From NCBI GenBank assembly GCA_963790825.1, contig CAWBPM010000004.1, positions 94,987 through 158,986 on the forward strand: a stretch of 64,000 nt of DNA, in the 5' to 3' direction. The position numbers were made by a program, and so were the translations under genes. Below, piece after piece: positions 8,151-18,400 of this stretch. The notes beneath the pieces were generated by a model that did no database searches, was not told where the DNA came from, and saw nothing but the letters and a program-made list of their open reading frames with translations. Source of the stretch: Candidatus Levyibacteriota bacterium. Its GTDB lineage: Bacteria; Patescibacteriota; Microgenomatia; Levybacterales; UBA12049. Every line of letters starts with the position of its first letter. Position 1 is the stretch's first letter.

Positions 8151-8774
8151 TTACGAAGTTTTTTCCAGGGGAAATGTCCGTTCCAGCCAATCTCCAGCTT
8201 TTTCCATAAAAACTTTTTTTACGAATTCCCTATATGGAAGATAGGGTAAGAGTACTGATTTTACCTCTTCTTTTGACATACTGCCTAGTGTAATAACCAA
8301 CTCTCCGGGAAAAAGTGATTGCGTTGTAATAATAAGCACCTCTGCCCCGCTACGCTTTTGGAAGTAAAAATCATAGAGTTCTTGCCAGAGAAAAAAGTAC
8401 TCATCGACTCCAACCCCTTCTGTGCTAATTCGATATCTGGAATCATGCGGCGGAATAGAAACCAAAGCAAACACCGCAAAAACCAGAGCTAAAACGACTG
8501 CCATGAGCGCAATTTGACTAAAAAGAAAGAGGATGATTTCAATTGCAAGCATAATCAGCAGGCAATTAGCGTAGAATTCATGACTGTGTTTACGAAACGG
8601 TCTTCCCGGGCCGGTCCAGGTAAGGAGTGTTTGTACGTCTGTAAAGGCGGCATTTTCTGATTCTGCGACTTTTGTAGTAGCTGGCTTTGTTACGGCTTGT
8701 GTTTTCTCCTGCGTTTGAGTAGCTGATTTTTCCTGCAATGAACTTTTCGCCGTTTTTACTTCTTTTTTTTCCAT
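8151..8774 (-). CDS. Conserved hypothetical membrane protein (two TM helices + PH-like C-terminus, DUF5673-like)
   Basis: LLTW.GP.RPF, two TM helices, YRISTEGV...FLWQELYDF; start set at MEKKEVK. Confidence 0.7.
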   Translation of the reverse strand: MEKKEVKTAKSSLQEKSATQTQEKTQAVTKPATTKVAESENAAFTDVQTLLTWTGPGRPFRKHSHEFYANCLLIMLAIEIILFLFSQIALMAVVLALVFAVFALVSIPPHDSRYRISTEGVGVDEYFFLWQELYDFYFQKRSGAEVLIITTQSLFPGELVITLGSMSKEEVKSVLLPYLPYREFVKKVFMEKAGDWLERTFPLEKTS

Positions 8775-9027
8775 AGACAATTCCATAGTAATATGCATTT
8801 CCCCAAACGTCAAGTAAGCACTTCTTCCATTGTGGACAAAGACATGATTTGTTATACTCAAAAAGCCTTTGGAGAGGTCGTCCCAGTCGCGGGACTAACC
8901 TCCTCAATACATTCGGAGAGGTCGCATATCGCAGTGAAGCGAAGACCCCAATTAGCGGGGGGTGGTCGTCCTGCAAAGCAGGATAAAAAACGAGATAACA
9001 CTCCGAATCAAAGTTTTAGGAATAGAT

Positions 9028-9114
9028 GGAGAGGTCGCATAGTGGTCGAGTGCGGAGGTCTTGAAAACCTTTGTGGCAGTAATGCTACCGCGAGTTCGAA
9101 TCTCGCCCTCTCCG
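9028..9114 (+). tRNA. tRNA-Ser(TGA)
   Basis: GGAGAGG acceptor; GAGGT-CTTGAAA-ACCTT; variable arm; GTTCGAATC; G73. Confidence 0.95.
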
Positions 9115-9194
9115 CACTTCAGCAAGCTCAGTACTTCGATCATTAAGATTGCCATAATAGTGGCGAGATGAGAGGTGGTGAGCCCGTCGTACCA

Positions 9195-9213
9195 AATCTC
9201 GCCCTCTCCGCCA
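9195..9213 (+). repeat. Duplicated 3' end of tRNA-Ser(TGA) (att-like direct repeat, ends in CCA)
   Basis: AATCTCGCCCTCTCCGC at 9099-9115 and 9195-9211. Confidence 0.85.
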
Positions 9214-9259
9214 AGTAATCCCGCTTCATTTTTAGGACAGAGTGGATGACTTTAGAACT

Positions 9260-11162
9260 TTAGGGGTAAGTTACTAGATAGTGCACAGGGCATGGATACG
9301 GATATATTTTTATCAAATGTTTTTTGTTTAAATCAAGAATTTTACTGCCATTCTTTATTTTCTTATTTGCAAACACACAATCAAAATCAACAATTAGTAT
9401 TTTTTTATCTTTATTCTTTAAAATATATTTCTCTAGTAACTTAACCGCACGAGATTGATTAAATTGCACGCTATTCCAGGCATCCATAGATTGATAAAAT
9501 TTACTAATATTTGGAAAATAAGATTGACTCCAAAGAAGGACTAACTTATTAGTTGAAAAAGGGATTATTTCATCACTTGAATAATTTTTATTACTTGATA
9601 CATAAATCATGGCATTTTGGTCAAACGAGCCAATTCTATATATACCAATCATATATATAAATATTAGCTGACTACCAAGAAAACATAATAATATTGATAA
9701 ATAAACGTAAACATTAATAATTAAAAATACTTTATAAGAATAAACTTTTATATTGTGTAAAATAATAGTTACTACTTTTATAAGAAAGATACATGAAGTT
9801 AACGAAAAGAAACAGAGTAAGTGAGTAAAGTGTTTTGTAAAAATAATAACTAACATGCCCCGCAGTTACCATTTGTAGGATAAATATTAGAAAAGAATAT
9901 CCTCCGGAGAATATAATAGAAAGCAGTAAATAGATATTTCCTTTGTTTTTTTTATTAAAAAATACATAACCTATTGCTATTAACAATAAAACAGTAAGTA
10001 TTTGTATGCTAATGCTGAACACTCCTCCCGGTGAATTAAAAGCATTTATAATCCCATCAATATTACTAGCTGCTATGTCTCTCAGATTATAAACAATTGG
10101 GATAAGAGAGCCAATAATCCCTGCAATAAATATCATTAGCATTTTTTTATTAATGTTCTTATAGAGATAATAAACACAAAGGGCTGATGAAACAGGTGTT
10201 AATACCCACCAACTTGCAGAAATTGCGAAATTTAAAAGCATAATAAATACGAACCTGGAAGTACTATGGTCCTTTTTGGAATTCTCAAGAATATAAAGTA
10301 ATAATATAAGGAAAATAAATGATGTAATTTGTGCAAAAAATCCAAAATAAAATAAGCTCAGTATTATAAATCCAAAAATAAACAAAAATAGGAAAGGGAT
10401 TGTAATTATTTTTATGGAAAATTCTCTAGACCTATCAATATATTTATCTACAAGTAGTCCAAATATATATAAAAATACTCCAATGAGAAAAAATGAGAAA
10501 ATATAATAATAATTTGAAAGAAATAAAATATTATCTTGATTTATATCTTGCTTAAAAAATAAAAAAGTTATGGCGGTATTAACATAGAACCCTGGAGGAT
10601 AAGCTAAAATCGATGTAGGTCCTAATATATTGTAAAGAAAATGGGTACCATAAAGCAGTTCTTTTCGCTCGACTGCCAATTTTACCATTGCGAAATGAAC
10701 TCCCCCATCCCAATCTGTCATAACTGGTAATCTATTACCGTTACCGTAATGACTAATACCTGAGAAAAAAACAGCAAATATTAAAACTGGTGTTGTTAAA
10801 TATAATAGATCTTCTTTCGTGCATATCTTGTCTACAGAAAACTTCTTCTTAATAAAAAGTAAATATAAACCCACAATAAATATATATAAAGTACCGATAT
10901 AAATAGGATAAAGTGGGATGTGGAAAAAGAAAAAAATAAATGCCAGTACTATATTTACAGCCAAGAATGTAACGAAAGCGATTACAAGCCTTTTAACTAA
11001 ACTCCAATCATTTGGAAAAGCAAAAGCAATTAAAAACAGGGCCAATAACAACAAAATAATTGTAAATTTCAATCCACAAATGTAGAGCAAAAAAATAATC
11101 AGTAATTTCTTGTTCTTGGATTTTATAATAGATTTGCTGTTGTTTAGCTTTTTATTTGTCAT
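9260..11162 (-). pseudogene. Polytopic membrane protein (GT-C-like glycosyltransferase) apparently split by a frameshift near 9810 (ORFs 9732-11162 and 9260-9856)
   Basis: Many TM helices, DWDGGVH and YPPG motifs; overlapping ORFs whose hydrophobic pattern continues across frames after SYYFYK. Confidence 0.6.
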
Positions 11163-11358
11163 ATAAGGACATCTATTTAGGTTAATTTCGCATTTTTCGC
11201 ATTTATAGTATATAAAGACAGGAATTTTCTTGATTACACCAATACTTTACATAAATCGAACGGGCTATTCTCAAATTCATATCTAACTTCTAATTTCTTG
11301 GGTGGCATTCTTTTTAATATACTATATTTATATGGTAGAATACAATTCAGCTGAGTTT

Positions 11359-12033
11359 ATGATAAAGAAAAAAATATTTATTATTATTCCGGTATTTAAT
11401 GAGGAATCTGTATTGAGAGATATAATTAATAAGGTAAGAAAAGAAGGCTATACTAACATTTTAGTTATTGATGATGGGTCTACAGACAATTCTTATGGGG
11501 TTGCAAAAAAACAGAAAGTAATTGTATTAAGACATTTAATTAATAGAGGAAAAGGTGCAGCGATTAAGACTGGTTTTGAAGCGGCTAAAATACTTAATGC
11601 ATCTGCTGTGGTTACATTTGATGGAGACGGACAGCATAGCCCAAATGATATTACTAATTTAATCAAAAAAGTGAATGCTGGCTACGATGTAGTGCTAGGC
11701 ACAAGAAGTATGAATATAAAAACCATGCCTTTTATTAAGCTCCTTGCCAACTTTACAGCAAATTTTATTACCATGATGATATATGGTTTGTGGGTACACG
11801 ATAGTCAATGTGGGCTTAGAGCTTATTCAAAAAAAGCGCTCTCGTTAATTAATACAAAAAATGACAGATATGAGTATGACAGCGAGATAATTAGGGAGAT
11901 ATCAAGACATAAGTTGCGATATACCGAAGTACCTATCCAGGTTCACTACACAAGATATTCAACAACTAAAGTATATAAACAATCTTTGCCTAACGGAATT
12001 AGAGCCGTGACAAAAATGATTCTTTCTCTATAG
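11359..12033 (+). CDS. Glycosyltransferase family 2 (DPM1-like polyprenyl-phosphate glycosyltransferase)
   Basis: IIPVFNEE, IDDGSTD, NRGKGAA, DGDGQH, DSQCGLR. Confidence 0.92.
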   Translation: MIKKKIFIIIPVFNEESVLRDIINKVRKEGYTNILVIDDGSTDNSYGVAKKQKVIVLRHLINRGKGAAIKTGFEAAKILNASAVVTFDGDGQHSPNDITNLIKKVNAGYDVVLGTRSMNIKTMPFIKLLANFTANFITMMIYGLWVHDSQCGLRAYSKKALSLINTKNDRYEYDSEIIREISRHKLRYTEVPIQVHYTRYSTTKVYKQSLPNGIRAVTKMILSL

Positions 12034-12036
12034 AAT

Positions 12037-12396
12037 ATGATTTCAGATTTTCCTATTTATCGAATAATTGTTATTTTAATTTCTTTATATTTTTTGGTTT
12101 CTGGATTTTATAAGTTCTTTAAGAGAGAGCACTATCAGTCTTTATTTAAATTACTAGTAACTTTAATTGTTTGGGGAGGAATACTGATCTTTATTTCAAC
12201 ACCGAATATTACACATTTCATATCAAAAAAACTGGGTCTGGGGGAAAACTTAAATACATTAATTTTTACAGGTTTTATTTTAGTTTTTATTTTATTGTTT
12301 AAATTAATAAATATTATTGAGAAGGTCGAAAGAGATATTACGGATATTGTCAGAAAAGAAGCAATTAAAAAAATAGGGGCTAAAAGTAATGAGTAA
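12037..12396 (+). CDS. DUF2304-like small membrane protein
   Basis: Three TM helices, LGLG, IT.IVR..A C-terminus; follows a DPM1-like GT2, the usual pairing. Confidence 0.75.
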   Translation: MISDFPIYRIIVILISLYFLVSGFYKFFKREHYQSLFKLLVTLIVWGGILIFISTPNITHFISKKLGLGENLNTLIFTGFILVFILLFKLINIIEKVERDITDIVRKEAIKKIGAKSNE

Positions 12397-13486
12397 AAAA
12401 GCGCTTAATATTTGTTTTATATTAGAGCATTATTATCCTCATGTCGGGGGGGCAGAAATCATCTTTAAAGAGTATATAACAAGGTTGTCGAAACTTGGTC
12501 AGAACGTAAATGTGATAACAAGCAACTCAGGTGGCATAGAAGGCATATCTGTTATTGATGGGATAAAAGTCCATGGCCATAAATGGAAATCATTTTTCGG
12601 GCATCCAGTTCCAAATATAAATGATATCGAGAAGGCTATTCAAGAAGCAGATATAGTTCATACTGCAACATACACAGCAGGGCCAATTGCACAACGTATT
12701 GCAAAGAAGTACAGCAAGCCCTGTGTTATTACTGTATATGAAGTATTAGGGAGAAAGTGGTTATGGGTGGAAAGTAATCTAATTTTGGCATTATGTTATC
12801 TATTTTTTGAAAAATATGTTATCAGTAGACCGTATACTGCTTATCACGCTATATCTCATGCTACTGAAAAGGATTTAATTAATTGTGGGGTTAAGAGAAA
12901 AAAAATAGTTACAATCTATCCCGGCGTGGATATAAAGGATCGTAAAAGAGTACTGTCTACTTCGAAAAACAAATATTTTTTGTATTTTGGGAGACCCGGG
13001 AAAACAAAGGGTATATTTATTTTATTTAATGCTTTTAAGAAAATACATAAAGAATTAAATAATTACAAACTCTTGTATATACTAAGCAATGATCCTTTAA
13101 GTGAGAAGCAAAAGTTGAAAAGGTTAGTTAAAAAAGATAACTTGACAAATCAAATTAAGATAATTGACTCTGTTTCTAAAAAAAAATTAATTAGAATCAT
13201 CCAAAAATCGTTTTGTGTTGTGGTGCCATCAATTACAGAAGGATTTGGCTTAAGTGCATTAGAGTCATGCATACTAGGTGCTCCAATAATTGCAAGTGAC
13301 GCAGGTTCACTACCAGAAGTGGTATATGGAAGAAAAGTATTATTTTTTAAAAACCGCGATATTGATGATTTAACAAATAAAATTAAAAAGGCTATTTATG
13401 GAGAATACGAAATAGTTAGTAAAAAAAACTTTTCATGGAATAAGTCTGTAAATTACTTAGCAGATTTATATATAAAATCATCATGA
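12389..13486 (+). CDS. Glycosyltransferase family 4
   Basis: YYPHVGGAE; PSITEGFGLSALES; SDAGSLPEV. Confidence 0.92.
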   Translation: MSKKALNICFILEHYYPHVGGAEIIFKEYITRLSKLGQNVNVITSNSGGIEGISVIDGIKVHGHKWKSFFGHPVPNINDIEKAIQEADIVHTATYTAGPIAQRIAKKYSKPCVITVYEVLGRKWLWVESNLILALCYLFFEKYVISRPYTAYHAISHATEKDLINCGVKRKKIVTIYPGVDIKDRKRVLSTSKNKYFLYFGRPGKTKGIFILFNAFKKIHKELNNYKLLYILSNDPLSEKQKLKRLVKKDNLTNQIKIIDSVSKKKLIRIIQKSFCVVVPSITEGFGLSALESCILGAPIIASDAGSLPEVVYGRKVLFFKNRDIDDLTNKIKKAIYGEYEIVSKKNFSWNKSVNYLADLYIKSS

Positions 13487-14652
13487 AAAAGTCAATTTAT
13501 TGGCACTTTCCACATTTCCTATATTGGATGGGTGGTACAAGATTTTTATTAGATATAGCTCAACGATTTAATGATAGTAATTTAGAACTTATTTTTATAT
13601 GCAATAATGGTAATGACAGTATTATAAATACTTTTAGGAAAAATAACAAAGTAATTACAACTTCATTTTTAACAACAAATTCGATATTTTATTGGCTTTT
13701 ATTTCCAATTTTTATTATTTGGGATATAATTATATCCTCTTTCTATTTGAGTAAAGCTGATTATATAATTGCAACTGCTTTTCCATCCAATTTAATTTGC
13801 GCCGTTTACTCTTTTATTCTTAATAAAAAATATTATTTCTATTGCTATGAACCGTTTATCTTTTTTCATAATAGAGATTTTATTAATAGGCTACCTCTGG
13901 CTAAAAAATTATTTGTTAAATTTTTAGCATTACTCTATGGAAACTTAGATATGTTGGCTTCAAAAAAAGCATATAAAATATTTACTATTGATGCTTTTAA
14001 GGCACAGGAAATACAATTAGTATATAACGTAAAACCAATAATTACATCCCTAGGAGTAGACACTAACCATTTTCGTTTTATAAATAATAAAAAAATAAAC
14101 AATTTATTTAAGGGAAGACCAATTATATTACATTCTACGGATTATACAGAATTAAAAAGAACAGATTTAGCCATCATGGCATTTAATGAATTAGTTAAAA
14201 AGATACCAAATATTATATTATTAATCACCTCTACTCAGCCAAATTCTCCTAATAAGAAAAAATATCAAAATTTAGTTAAGACTTTACATTTACAAGAAAA
14301 TGTAAAGTTTCTAGGAACAATACCCTATAAAGAATTACCTTTATATTATTCATCAGCAATTTGTTATATATCCAGTTGTCATGATAAAATAACTGCGGGC
14401 AATTGGCCAGTAAAAGAATCGTTAGCTTGCGAAACACCAGCCATTAGATCCCCTATTGCCACAAGGGATGTCATAGATGGTATATCGGGTTTTTTGGTTG
14501 ACCCCAAAAACATCAAGTTGGTAGCAAATAAAATCGAATTTCTCGTAAAAAATCCAAATCTTGCACACAATATGGGAAAACAAGGCAGAAAGTTCATACG
14601 TAAAGAATACAATTGGGATAACATTATAAACAAAATATTAATTAATTTATAG
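13483..14652 (+). CDS. Glycosyltransferase family 4
   Basis: GGT near the N-terminus; ESLACETP, V.DG.SGFLV GT-B C-terminal motifs. Confidence 0.85.
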   Translation: MKKSIYWHFPHFLYWMGGTRFLLDIAQRFNDSNLELIFICNNGNDSIINTFRKNNKVITTSFLTTNSIFYWLLFPIFIIWDIIISSFYLSKADYIIATAFPSNLICAVYSFILNKKYYFYCYEPFIFFHNRDFINRLPLAKKLFVKFLALLYGNLDMLASKKAYKIFTIDAFKAQEIQLVYNVKPIITSLGVDTNHFRFINNKKINNLFKGRPIILHSTDYTELKRTDLAIMAFNELVKKIPNIILLITSTQPNSPNKKKYQNLVKTLHLQENVKFLGTIPYKELPLYYSSAICYISSCHDKITAGNWPVKESLACETPAIRSPIATRDVIDGISGFLVDPKNIKLVANKIEFLVKNPNLAHNMGKQGRKFIRKEYNWDNIINKILINL

Positions 14653-14675
14653 AAAATATTGTATATTTTATTACG

Positions 14676-15302
14676 ATGCTTAAAAATGTAATTATTATTG
14701 GATCAGGCGGCCATGCGAAAGTAGTTATAGATATTTTAAATATAAATGCAAATTATAAAATCATTGGCTGCATTTCAAAAGATCCTCCAGAAAAACATAT
14801 ATTAAATATTCCCATATTGGGAAATGATGATATTATTCCCGAATTATTCCAAAAAGGTATAACAAACGTATTTATAGCAATTGGAGAAAATAAACTAAGA
14901 TTGAAGCTGGCGGAGTATCTGACCAAGATGGGTTTTAATATTATAAATGTAATTAGTAATGACTCTAATATATCAACAACTGTTAGCCTCGGAAAAGGTA
15001 TTGTGGTTATGCCGGGTGCTAGTATAAACGTTGATACAGTAATCTCAGACTATTCTATTATTAATACAAATTCTTCAGTAGACCATGATTGTTTTATCGG
15101 TAAAGCAATACATATTGCTCCTGGGTCAAATTTAGCTGGTAATGTAAGCGTAGGGGAAGGATCGTTTCTTGGGATAGGATGTGTTGTCACCCCAGGGATA
15201 TCAATTAATGAGTGGACAACCGTAGGTGCAGGAAGCGTTGTAATTAAGAATCTCGAGTCTCATTCGGTTTATGTAGGAAATCCTGCAAAGAAAATAAAAT
15301 GA
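14676..15302 (+). CDS. Sugar N-/O-acetyltransferase, PglD/NeuD/PerB family (hexapeptide repeats)
   Basis: IIGSGGHAKV, AIGEN..R, DHDC, GAGSVV, VGNPAK. Confidence 0.9.
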   Translation: MLKNVIIIGSGGHAKVVIDILNINANYKIIGCISKDPPEKHILNIPILGNDDIIPELFQKGITNVFIAIGENKLRLKLAEYLTKMGFNIINVISNDSNISTTVSLGKGIVVMPGASINVDTVISDYSIINTNSSVDHDCFIGKAIHIAPGSNLAGNVSVGEGSFLGIGCVVTPGISINEWTTVGAGSVVIKNLESHSVYVGNPAKKIK

Positions 15303-16447
15303 CTAATTATATGAAAACTAAAAAATACATAAGTATCGCATGTCCAACACTTAACGGTAATGAAAAAAAATATGTAAATGATTGTCTTGATACCGTGTGG
15401 ATATCTTCTATAGGTAAATATATAAATAAATTTGAAGAAGAATTTGCAAAGTATTGCGGAGTTAAACATGCAATTGTGTGCAGTAACGGAACCGTAGCAT
15501 TGCACTTACCCTTACTTGCTTATGATATAAAGCCCGGAGATGAGATAGTGCTTCCCACATTAACATATATAGCAACAGCAAATGTCGTTAAATATTGTGG
15601 AGCCACACCTGTTTTAGTTGATAGCGAAAAGGATGCATGGAACATAGACCCCACAAAGATAGAAGAAAAAATTACAAATCGTACAAAGGGAATTATTGTT
15701 GTGCATCTTTATGGACATCCCGTAGATATGGATCCTATTCTAAAACTCGCAAAAAAATATAATTTATTTATCATTGAAGATGCATCAGAAGCTCACGGAG
15801 CAGAATATAAAAATAGAAAGGTAGGATCGATTGGCAACGTTGGAACATTTAGTTTTTATGGAAACAAAATAATCACCGCTGGCGAAGGCGGAATGGTAGT
15901 AACAAATAGTAATACGCTTGCAGGTAAAGTAAGACTATTAAAAGGGCAGGGTATGGATCCAAAACACCGATATTGGTTTCCTATAATTGGATACAATTAC
16001 CGAATGACTAATATTCAGGCTGCAATTGGATTAGCACAATTAGAAAAAATTGACTGGCATATGAAAAAGAGAGAAATAATTGCTGAAAAATACCAAAGAC
16101 GCTTAAATAAACTTAAAGATTTTATAGAAACTCAAAAAGAAAAAGCTTGGGCACATCACGCTTATTGGATGTTTAATATCGTCTTGAAAAGCAATTTAAA
16201 TATCTCTAGGGATTCGTTTATGAAAAAATTAGAAGAGAAAGGTATTGAAACACGACCCATATTCTACCCCATGCACATAATGCCTCCTTATCTCGATAAG
16301 CTTTGTAAATATCCTGTTGCCGATTATGTATCATCAAGAGGAATAAGTTTACCGTCTCATGCTAACTTAAATAATAAAGACATAGAATACGTTACCAATC
16401 AAATAGAACAAATAATCCAAAGTTGCTTAGGGAATCAAGTAAAATAA
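15299..16447 (+). CDS. DegT/DnrJ/EryC1/StrS aminotransferase, GDP-perosamine synthase-like
   Basis: WISSIG.Y, SNGTVALHL, EDASEAHG, FSFYGNKIIT.GEGG, GYNYRMTN, ETRP.F.P. Confidence 0.9.
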   Translation: MTNYMKTKKYISIACPTLNGNEKKYVNDCLDTVWISSIGKYINKFEEEFAKYCGVKHAIVCSNGTVALHLPLLAYDIKPGDEIVLPTLTYIATANVVKYCGATPVLVDSEKDAWNIDPTKIEEKITNRTKGIIVVHLYGHPVDMDPILKLAKKYNLFIIEDASEAHGAEYKNRKVGSIGNVGTFSFYGNKIITAGEGGMVVTNSNTLAGKVRLLKGQGMDPKHRYWFPIIGYNYRMTNIQAAIGLAQLEKIDWHMKKREIIAEKYQRRLNKLKDFIETQKEKAWAHHAYWMFNIVLKSNLNISRDSFMKKLEEKGIETRPIFYPMHIMPPYLDKLCKYPVADYVSSRGISLPSHANLNNKDIEYVTNQIEQIIQSCLGNQVK

Positions 16448-16575
16448 TTAGAGATTCTATGCAATTCTAAAATTCATGGATAGTAAATTTACTAAAGCTT
16501 TTTTCATCACTCTCCTGGCAATTGCCCCTCCCCTCTCTTGACAACTCCCCGGAAATGTCCCACACTAGAGATATT

Positions 16576-18363
16576 ATGCGATCTGCCCTTGCGTATTTTA
16601 TGGGAAAAAAGTTCTTGTCTTTTTTGGCTGTCATTTTTTTTGCAGCTGTTTTTTTCTTCTCCCCAACATCCAGTTTTGCTCAAGCTACTGCTTCCTCTCA
16701 ACAGACCACACAGACACAAGCCGCAAACAATTATCTTTTCCCGAAAGTTGATCCGGGCGTTGAGCAGAATCAATCTACCTTTGTTCAAGCAATTTTCCTA
16801 GAATCGATGGCCGGAGTTATCTGTCAACTGGATGGAGTCGATCCCACCAATCCGACCCATGGCTGTTTAACGATTAATCCGCAGACACACGCCTTTACCT
16901 ATTCACCTCTCCCGCAAAATGGAAAAGTTGGCGGTCTCATAGGCTTCTCGACAGTTGCAATGGGCGGTCTATATACTCCTCCCGCCAGCAGCGGTGAGTA
17001 TTTTCGCGACTTGGCGTATAATTTCGGAATTGCCAAACCGGCTGAAGCATCCGGATTTGATCAACTGGTACCGCTTCTAAACATGTGGAAATTATCCAGA
17101 AACATTGCCTATCTCTTTCTGGTAATTGTATTCATTATTTTAGGCGTTATGATCATGCTTAGAGTAAAGGTAAATCCGCGGACCGTGATGACAGTGCAAA
17201 ACCAAATACCCAGAATTATTATCGGCATTCTCCTGATTACCTTCTCCTATGCAATCGCCGGACTACTGGTCGATGCGATGTGGGTTACCACTTATTTTGC
17301 GATTAATGAACTTTCAAATATTCCCCATGGCTCTGTCGGCGGAGGAGCAGCTACGGCAAGTATTCTAAACCATCCTCTTTCTTGGTTTAATGACGTCCTC
17401 AGCAATGCTCCAGTCCCTCCGGGCGCCTCCCGCGCGCCATACGACTGTGGCACTATTAACCTTCCGGGAGGAAGCATCCCCGTTAAAGGAATAGCGTGTC
17501 TTACGGGAAAAATAGGGGACAGTTTCACCACTCTTCTCTCAAATCTTATTTCACAAGTTACCGGATTTGATAATAATAATAAATGTAGTTTTACAGATCC
17601 CACGTCTTGGGTTACGGGGTGTTTATATAATTTTGTCTTCTGGCTTATACATTTCATCATAAATCTTATCATTCTTATTACTATAGTGATTCTCCTGTAT
17701 CGTGTTTGGTTTATGCTGCTTAAAGCTTACATACTTATTCTCATATACGTCGCAACAGGTCCCTTGTGGATTATTGCCGGCATGCTTCCGGGAAGTACTT
17801 TTGGTTTTATTCCTTGGATCAAGCGTCTTTTGGCGCACCTGCTGGTATTTCCCGGTGTTGTTGCGCTTATTATTTTCGGTTTGGATATTGCCTCATCTTT
17901 CTCGCAACAAACAGGGGGGACGAACGGGCTATTTATTCCTCCGCTGATTGGCAATGTCGCCAGTAACACTAGCCCTGTTGGTAATATCGGCTGGATGATC
18001 GCACTTGGCGTGCTGCTTTTAGCCCCTGAAGTCTTACAAATGCTGAAGGACGCATTCGGCTTAAAAAGAAATCCATACACCCCGGCAATCGCGCTCGGAC
18101 TGGCAGCGGGTGCTAATCCGCTCAACGCCGGAGCCAACGCAGGTTGGAGTAGACTGATGAGACCTGAGGATCAGATGCATAATGCAGGGGCAGCCAGACG
18201 GATGCTATTAACCGCTGCTAAACCAAGTACTACTGACAATAGATTCCAAAAGGTCGCAAGAGGCGTGTTAAAAACAGTGATAGTTCCAAATAAGTGGGAA
18301 ACAGGATCAAAGACAATACAACCACAACAACCTGTCCAAGGCCAAGGAGGAGGAACGCCATAA
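16576..18363 (+). CDS. Polytopic membrane protein, VirB6/TrbL-like component of a T4SS-like cluster
   Basis: Signal peptide; W...RNIAY, G.MIM.R, LITFSYAIAGLLVD, PLWI..G.LPG TM segments; start uncertain (ORF track 16522). Confidence 0.65.
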   Translation: MRSALAYFMGKKFLSFLAVIFFAAVFFFSPTSSFAQATASSQQTTQTQAANNYLFPKVDPGVEQNQSTFVQAIFLESMAGVICQLDGVDPTNPTHGCLTINPQTHAFTYSPLPQNGKVGGLIGFSTVAMGGLYTPPASSGEYFRDLAYNFGIAKPAEASGFDQLVPLLNMWKLSRNIAYLFLVIVFIILGVMIMLRVKVNPRTVMTVQNQIPRIIIGILLITFSYAIAGLLVDAMWVTTYFAINELSNIPHGSVGGGAATASILNHPLSWFNDVLSNAPVPPGASRAPYDCGTINLPGGSIPVKGIACLTGKIGDSFTTLLSNLISQVTGFDNNNKCSFTDPTSWVTGCLYNFVFWLIHFIINLIILITIVILLYRVWFMLLKAYILILIYVATGPLWIIAGMLPGSTFGFIPWIKRLLAHLLVFPGVVALIIFGLDIASSFSQQTGGTNGLFIPPLIGNVASNTSPVGNIGWMIALGVLLLAPEVLQMLKDAFGLKRNPYTPAIALGLAAGANPLNAGANAGWSRLMRPEDQMHNAGAARRMLLTAAKPSTTDNRFQKVARGVLKTVIVPNKWETGSKTIQPQQPVQGQGGGTP

Positions 18364-18400
18364 CCATAGTTTTCGCTACGTATCTTATACCTCTTTTTTA

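Noticed and set aside
8871-9213. Split, permuted or intron-containing tRNA
   Set aside because: The fragments supply only the first 10-14 and last ~19 nt; no second anticodon arm, and an intact tRNA lies between them.
16500-16545. attR of the glycosylation island (GCCCCTCCCCTCTC)
   Set aside because: Only weak similarity to the tRNA-Ser 3' end; the true duplicate lies at 9195, before the island.
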